Assembly: GCA_002269645.1 (NCBI GenBank)
Contig: NIVC01003816.1
Span: 11,514-75,513, forward strand
Reading direction: 5' to 3'
DNA length: 64,000 nucleotides
From: Macrostomum lignano
Taxonomy: Eukaryota
Part shown: in pieces, positions 61,209 to 64,000 of the stretch
How the letters are laid out: each line of letters starts with the position of its first letter
Position numbering within the stretch: position 1 is the stretch's first letter
Position numbers and translations under genes: made by a program
The notes under the pieces: generated by a model
Told to the model about the DNA's origin: nothing
What the model saw: the letters and a program-made list of their open reading frames with translations, nothing else
Databases searched by the model: none

Positions 61209-63082
61209 TGATGGGTTTCGGCCTTTTCGGCTTCTCGTTAGAGTCTTATAGATCAATTAGAGTCCTGGCCCCCCACTCCTGTCAGATGGTCAGCCCCGAG
61301 GTAGCTTGATCGTGTGGCGAGCAGTCTGGGTCCTATAGCTAAGAGAGGGACAGCGAGAGACAAGCAGGGAGAATTTTGAAGGTAGAGATCAGCTAATCCG
61401 CAGATTAACTAACCCGCTGCCACCAGCCCGTGCGTTCTGGCACACCAAACCGGAACTTTCGAAATCGGGCTTCCGACTAGAAGGGGCTTTGCACTTATCT
61501 GCCAACTAGTGTCTTTTTGCTGTCAATCTCGAAGTCATAGCCGATGATAAGGGACACTGCTGGGACTTGATCGCATTGGCTATGGAGGTACAGAGGGGAC
61601 TTTTGAAGGGGATTCTTGCAAAGGCGAGCCTTTGGGATGAATATGGGAGGAAATACGAGGAATTGTACTTTCGGCCTTCAACGCGCCAACCAGCCTCTCG
61701 TAGCTCTGATGATAGACTAACTCGAACTTCAGAGACCGCGTGATTTACCACCCGAGCCGCTGGGCGAATCTAGAGTGCACAGAGTACATCTCTAGCGCGC
61801 CGATTTTGCACTATTGACAATTTCGCTAACTGATTGGATAGATTGATCGACTGAGAACCGCCTTGCCATTGGTTCACTGTGACCGGCGCCTACTAGCTTA
61901 GCTACTCATCTGAGCCATCGGCGAACAAAGAAAAACAAACCGATAAAATAACTTTCAGATTTAACCTTCTCACTGAATAACTTCTCACTTCAGACTGAAT
62001 TGGAGCAATCAGACTACTAGCAGTATTATTGAATGATTTCTGCCTCAATAACAGCACTACCGAACAAAATGAGCAAAAATGTGCGCCTAATCCAGCTACT
62101 GAAATAGGGGACTGATAAGGAATCACCCATTCAAGCAAGTCTAGATAGTCTCTCACCCAACCAATCAGAAACTCAACAGCCGAAGACCAGGTAATCCACA
62201 GTGACCAATTCGGCTTAGTGCTTCGCAGCTGTAGGCGCCCGGGATGATGATGTCACACAGTCTTTGCTGATAGCTAGCAGGTGATGATCTTAACATCAAT
62301 GATCGATGCCGTCGACGCGGGGGATTCGTCCTTGATGATGAGGGGGGTTGTCGCAATCCGGGATCAAGAGACGACGGTCGTGACTCCGGAATAGGTCGAG
62401 TCCCGGGAGTCCACAGTAGATTCCGAGACGCCAAAAGGAGTGAGCCCGAGCGGGCCAGAAACACCGGTTCATATAGCCGCCAACTGGACCGCAATTTGTT
62501 ATAACGAAACACCTCGACGCTGATTGGCTGAGCCGATTGTTATAACTGACGATTTGTTGCCACCCAAGCTCACGTGACAAAAGATCCTATCAGTTCCCTC
62601 GGGGCCATAAAAATATGCCAGGTGCGGTTATAAATTACTCAAAATCGCTACATTTTGATTTATGACCTTTCGCGTAGGAATTACAAAAATTAATGAAAAA
62701 ATATACGCTAGAAAGATCTTATCAAGTTGAAAGTAAAGATGTTGAAGAGAAATCTCATCAAAAATGATGAGAAAAAAGCTACCGCCGCGCATCCTCTCAG
62801 ACCATCTGGCGCCAGCCTCAACACTGAGTGAGGCGCAGGTGGCTGTCAGACCAGGTCACAAGCAATGATTTATGACCCCAAAAGTAGTGAAAACCGCGCC
62901 AATTTTATTATTACTACAAGTGTGGCAAAATCATATAGCTACGAATGTCATACTATATAGTATGAATTCTAGGAAAACTACATAAAAGGGAAAAAATCCA
63001 TGCCTGCTGTTAAGTAGGCTGGCTAGCAAGTTTGGAACCCATGTGCGAGCGTGCGATTTGGGAAAAAAGTGCGTCCTCATCA
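61209..63082 (-). mobile_element. Second, diverged copy of the same LTR-like element
   Basis: Same termini and collinear homology with 54955-56851, with indels of ~140 and ~110 bp; flanks CGTA/ACAC do not match; no PBS or PPT seen. Confidence 0.65.
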
Positions 63083-63754
63083 ACACAAATATTAGTAATA
63101 AAATTTTTGCAAATGCAATTATAAATTGTGATGAAAAATGTTTTTTTCAGATCTCCGCAGTGTGGCGGCCCAATCAGCACGCAGCCAGCGATTGCAAGTA
63201 CACCTGCACTGAAACCCTCTGCCCGCCAAGCTGAGGGGTGGGTGTACTCGGACAGATGCAGTCAATATGCTAAGTCGGGGGGGGGGTTGGCCTTCAATCG
63301 TGCCAACGCACCTCCCCGTACTCGTACCAATCCCCCCCCCAGATAATTTTTTACTGTTGCCGAACGAAAGTCAAGGGCACGGGCTAGAATTTTGTTGCGC
63401 ATCAGATAGAGCATCGACCGAGTCGCCAACTACCCGGACCGTCGAGACATTCAACGTTTCTGTCAGAAGGTCGCCATTTTCCCATTGACTTCTATTTTGA
63501 ACACCGCGACACCGACCAAAGCCATCGCCTTGGCAAGTATTTCCGCAGTCTCAACACCTCAGCCACATGTGCCTGCCTCCAGCCAACCTCCAGTGACCAT
63601 CAGCCACCATCTGGACGGACCGTCAGGACTTTCAACAGATGCACCAGGCGGTCCTGAAGCACCAGATGCAAAAATACAAAATTTATCGATCAAGCCTCAC
63701 AAGCGAGCACAGCAAGACACATTTCTGCACCAAGTAATGTATATGTCCTGCCGG

Positions 63755-64000
63755 CATCATCCTGACGCCGTCTGGAACGTCAGCGGATGCCAGCAGATGA
63801 CGCTGAAGTCCAGAATGCTAGAATGGCCAATTTTCTTTGTCAACCCTCCTCATGGCATAATATAGCACCACAGACTAACCCTTCTGACGTCACCCACCTT
63901 TTCGTCACCACCCTGACGCCGTCTGGACCGTCAGCGGGTGCCACTGGGTGACGCTGGCGGCCTAGATGCTACAATGAACGATTTTCTTTGTCAACCTTCA
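63755..64000. repeat. ~153-bp tandem repeat (2 diverged copies, runs off the window)
   Basis: CCTGACGCCGTCTGGA...ATTTTCTTTGTCAACC at about 63760 and 63912. Confidence 0.65.

Noticed and set aside
54955-63082. One full-length LTR retrotransposon
   Set aside because: No gag or pol, no PBS or PPT, outer flanks differ, copies are diverged, and copy 1 has its own TSD

Overview
Eukaryotic (metazoan) genomic DNA: GC3-rich exons, GT-AG introns, and most long introns filled by their own minisatellite. The style suggests a free-living flatworm such as Macrostomum; that is an inference, not a database result. Most long ORFs in the track are repeat artefacts. Manual splicing with phase checks gives four minus-strand genes: (1) a GluN3/GRIN3-like NMDA receptor subunit, ATG 19106 to about 450-480, at least 9 exons, whose apparently unrelated ORFs at 15-19 kb are its signal peptide, ATD and S1; (2) a complete SLC13 Na+/dicarboxylate-citrate-sulfate transporter, 9 exons, 600 aa; (3) a complete TMC-family channel, 14 exons, about 760-770 aa; (4) a ubiquilin/UBL7-like UBL-UBA gene with an apparent 1-nt frame disruption. 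A plus-strand intronless, divergent rhodopsin-class GPCR lies between two same-orientation ~1.9 kb TG...CA LTR-like copies. Also present: hAT, Harbinger, Tc1/mariner-like and foldback MITEs with TIR/TSD evidence, a tRNA-derived SINE family and more than 30 tandem arrays. No rRNA, bona fide tRNA, CRISPR or transposase/RT ORF is supported. Best leads: non-canonical ligand pocket and pore of the GluN3-like subunit; minisatellites starting exactly at splice donors or born from SINE/MITE sequence; a solo LTR with promoter motifs pointing into the UBL-UBA gene; hammerhead-like hairpins at the LTR end.
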